Shown piece after piece: positions 63,201 to 64,000 of a stretch of DNA of 64,000 nucleotides; the stretch's first letter is position 1; each line of letters opens with the position of its first letter. The notes beneath the pieces are model-generated. The model was given only the letters and a program-made list of their open reading frames with translations, did no database searches and was not told the DNA's origin. A program made the translations under genes and the position numbers. The DNA comes from Actinomycetota bacterium (GTDB lineage: Bacteria; Actinomycetota; Thermoleophilia; Solirubrobacterales; Solirubrobacteraceae): NCBI GenBank assembly GCA_005798685.1, contig SYIT01000074.1, positions 27,639-91,638 on the forward strand, written 5' to 3'.

Positions 63201-63997
63201 GCCACGGGTTCTCGCCACGGCCGCTGAGTTTCATCGCTGGACTTGGCTTCGAGGAGATGCCGGCAGCCGAGGTATCCGAGCAGCTTCTTGGCTGCGGCTA
63301 TGACGAGATTGAATGGACGATGGCGCACATCGATGAGCTCCTCCAGCCGGCGTCGGCGCTTGCGTGCCAGCAAGATCTCGTCTGCGGCGGCGATGAGGCG
63401 CTGCAGCTGACGCTCACCTCAATCGAGCGTGCTCACGAAGCGCAGATCGGGATCGTCAACGTCCTGACCGGGCCGAACCTTTGGGAGCGCGGTGCGACTG
63501 CAGGCGCCAATGAGGATCGTTGGGCCATCGCGCTTGGCGCGCTCGAGCAGATCTGCGCCCGTGGTGACGAGTTGGGTGTCAAGATCGGTTTGGAGCCCTG
63601 TTGGGGGACGCTGGCCTGTGACGCTGACTCGGCGCGCAGGGCACTCGATGCGGTGCCGGTCTCCGTCACTTTCGACCCGAGTCACTTCGTGATGACCGGC
63701 AACGACATCGCCGCGCTGGTGCGTGAATGGGGCGAGCGGATCGTCCATGTCCACCTCAAGGACGCATTCGGGAGTCCCGGCATTGAAGGTGAGGACTTTC
63801 AGTTCTGCATGCTCGGCGAGGGCAAGGTCGGCTGGCCCGAATTCTTCGCGGCGCTCGATGCGGTCGGCTATTCGGGCGCGCTCTCGATCGAGTTTGAGGC
63901 CTACTCCTACTACAAGCAGGTCCTTGGCTCGGACCCGAGTGCCGCCGCAGTCTTAGCCGCAGAGCAGGCACGCGCATTGGTTGGCGGTGGGCCCTGA
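63197..63997 (+). CDS. xylose-isomerase-like TIM-barrel sugar phosphate isomerase/epimerase
   Basis: 'KIGLEPC', 'VHVHLKD', 'LSIEFE'. GTGA overlap with the aminotransferase gene. Confidence 0.8.
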   Translation: MSHGFSPRPLSFIAGLGFEEMPAAEVSEQLLGCGYDEIEWTMAHIDELLQPASALACQQDLVCGGDEALQLTLTSIERAHEAQIGIVNVLTGPNLWERGATAGANEDRWAIALGALEQICARGDELGVKIGLEPCWGTLACDADSARRALDAVPVSVTFDPSHFVMTGNDIAALVREWGERIVHVHLKDAFGSPGIEGEDFQFCMLGEGKVGWPEFFAALDAVGYSGALSIEFEAYSYYKQVLGSDPSAAAVLAAEQARALVGGGP

Positions 63998-64000
63998 TGA

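Noticed and set aside
1-64000. Mobile elements, prophage, rRNA/tRNA genes, CRISPR-Cas or recognisable defence systems
   Set aside because: No integrase, transposase, recombinase, terminal inverted repeats, cas genes or structured RNA genes were recognised on either strand. The ImmA/IrrE-XRE pair has no phage or ICE neighbours.

Overview
Gene-dense, visibly GC-rich bacterial chromosomal segment. An actinobacterium-like lineage is my guess from codon usage and short-leader starts only. I count about 60 protein-coding genes and found no rRNA, tRNA, CRISPR array, transposase or integrase. There are four blocks. (1) nt 1-19004 is a cell-envelope glycan block. It holds the front end of the CDP-3,6-dideoxyhexose pathway (rfbF, rfbG, rfbH/E1 with its full Fe-S motif), a YerE-like ThDP enzyme, a NeuB-like synthase, two SDRs, a HAD phosphatase and four methyltransferases, one with a perfect in-frame 21-bp x3.4 repeat. 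It also holds a polyprenyl-phosphate-type GT2 and two GT-C-like membrane proteins. (2) nt 19011-28176 holds regulators and housekeeping genes: an ECF-like sigma plus XRE-like HTH converging on an ImmA/IrrE peptidase, an AKR, pdxH, an MDR reductase, a secreted protein with an OmpR/HK pair, and a frameshifted LuxR gene behind a G9 tract. (3) nt 28232-36396 holds a CFA-synthase-like methyltransferase, an epoxide-hydrolase-like hydrolase, and a CoxS-G-M-L type molybdenum hydroxylase with XdhC and MocA maturation genes. (4) nt 36419-63997 holds 27 co-directional, mostly translationally coupled genes behind an IclR regulator. These include four amidohydrolase-superfamily enzymes, isochorismatase-like, nitrilase-superfamily and HDAC-like hydrolases, a DUF1185 protein, and a bacterial protein with the archaeosine-synthase PC-X3-KPY-X2-S-X2-H motif. 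The same block has two ABC importers, an ALDH, DUF1989, an aldolase, a CrtI-like oxidoreductase, an O-methyltransferase, a ThDP enzyme, a class-III aminotransferase and a TIM-barrel isomerase. The two best candidates for something undescribed are the IclR-linked amide/N-heterocycle super-operon centred on the ArcS-motif protein, and the CDP-dideoxyhexose/branched-sugar block coupled to a polyprenyl-P/GT-C route. All family calls come from motifs read by eye; no database search was possible.
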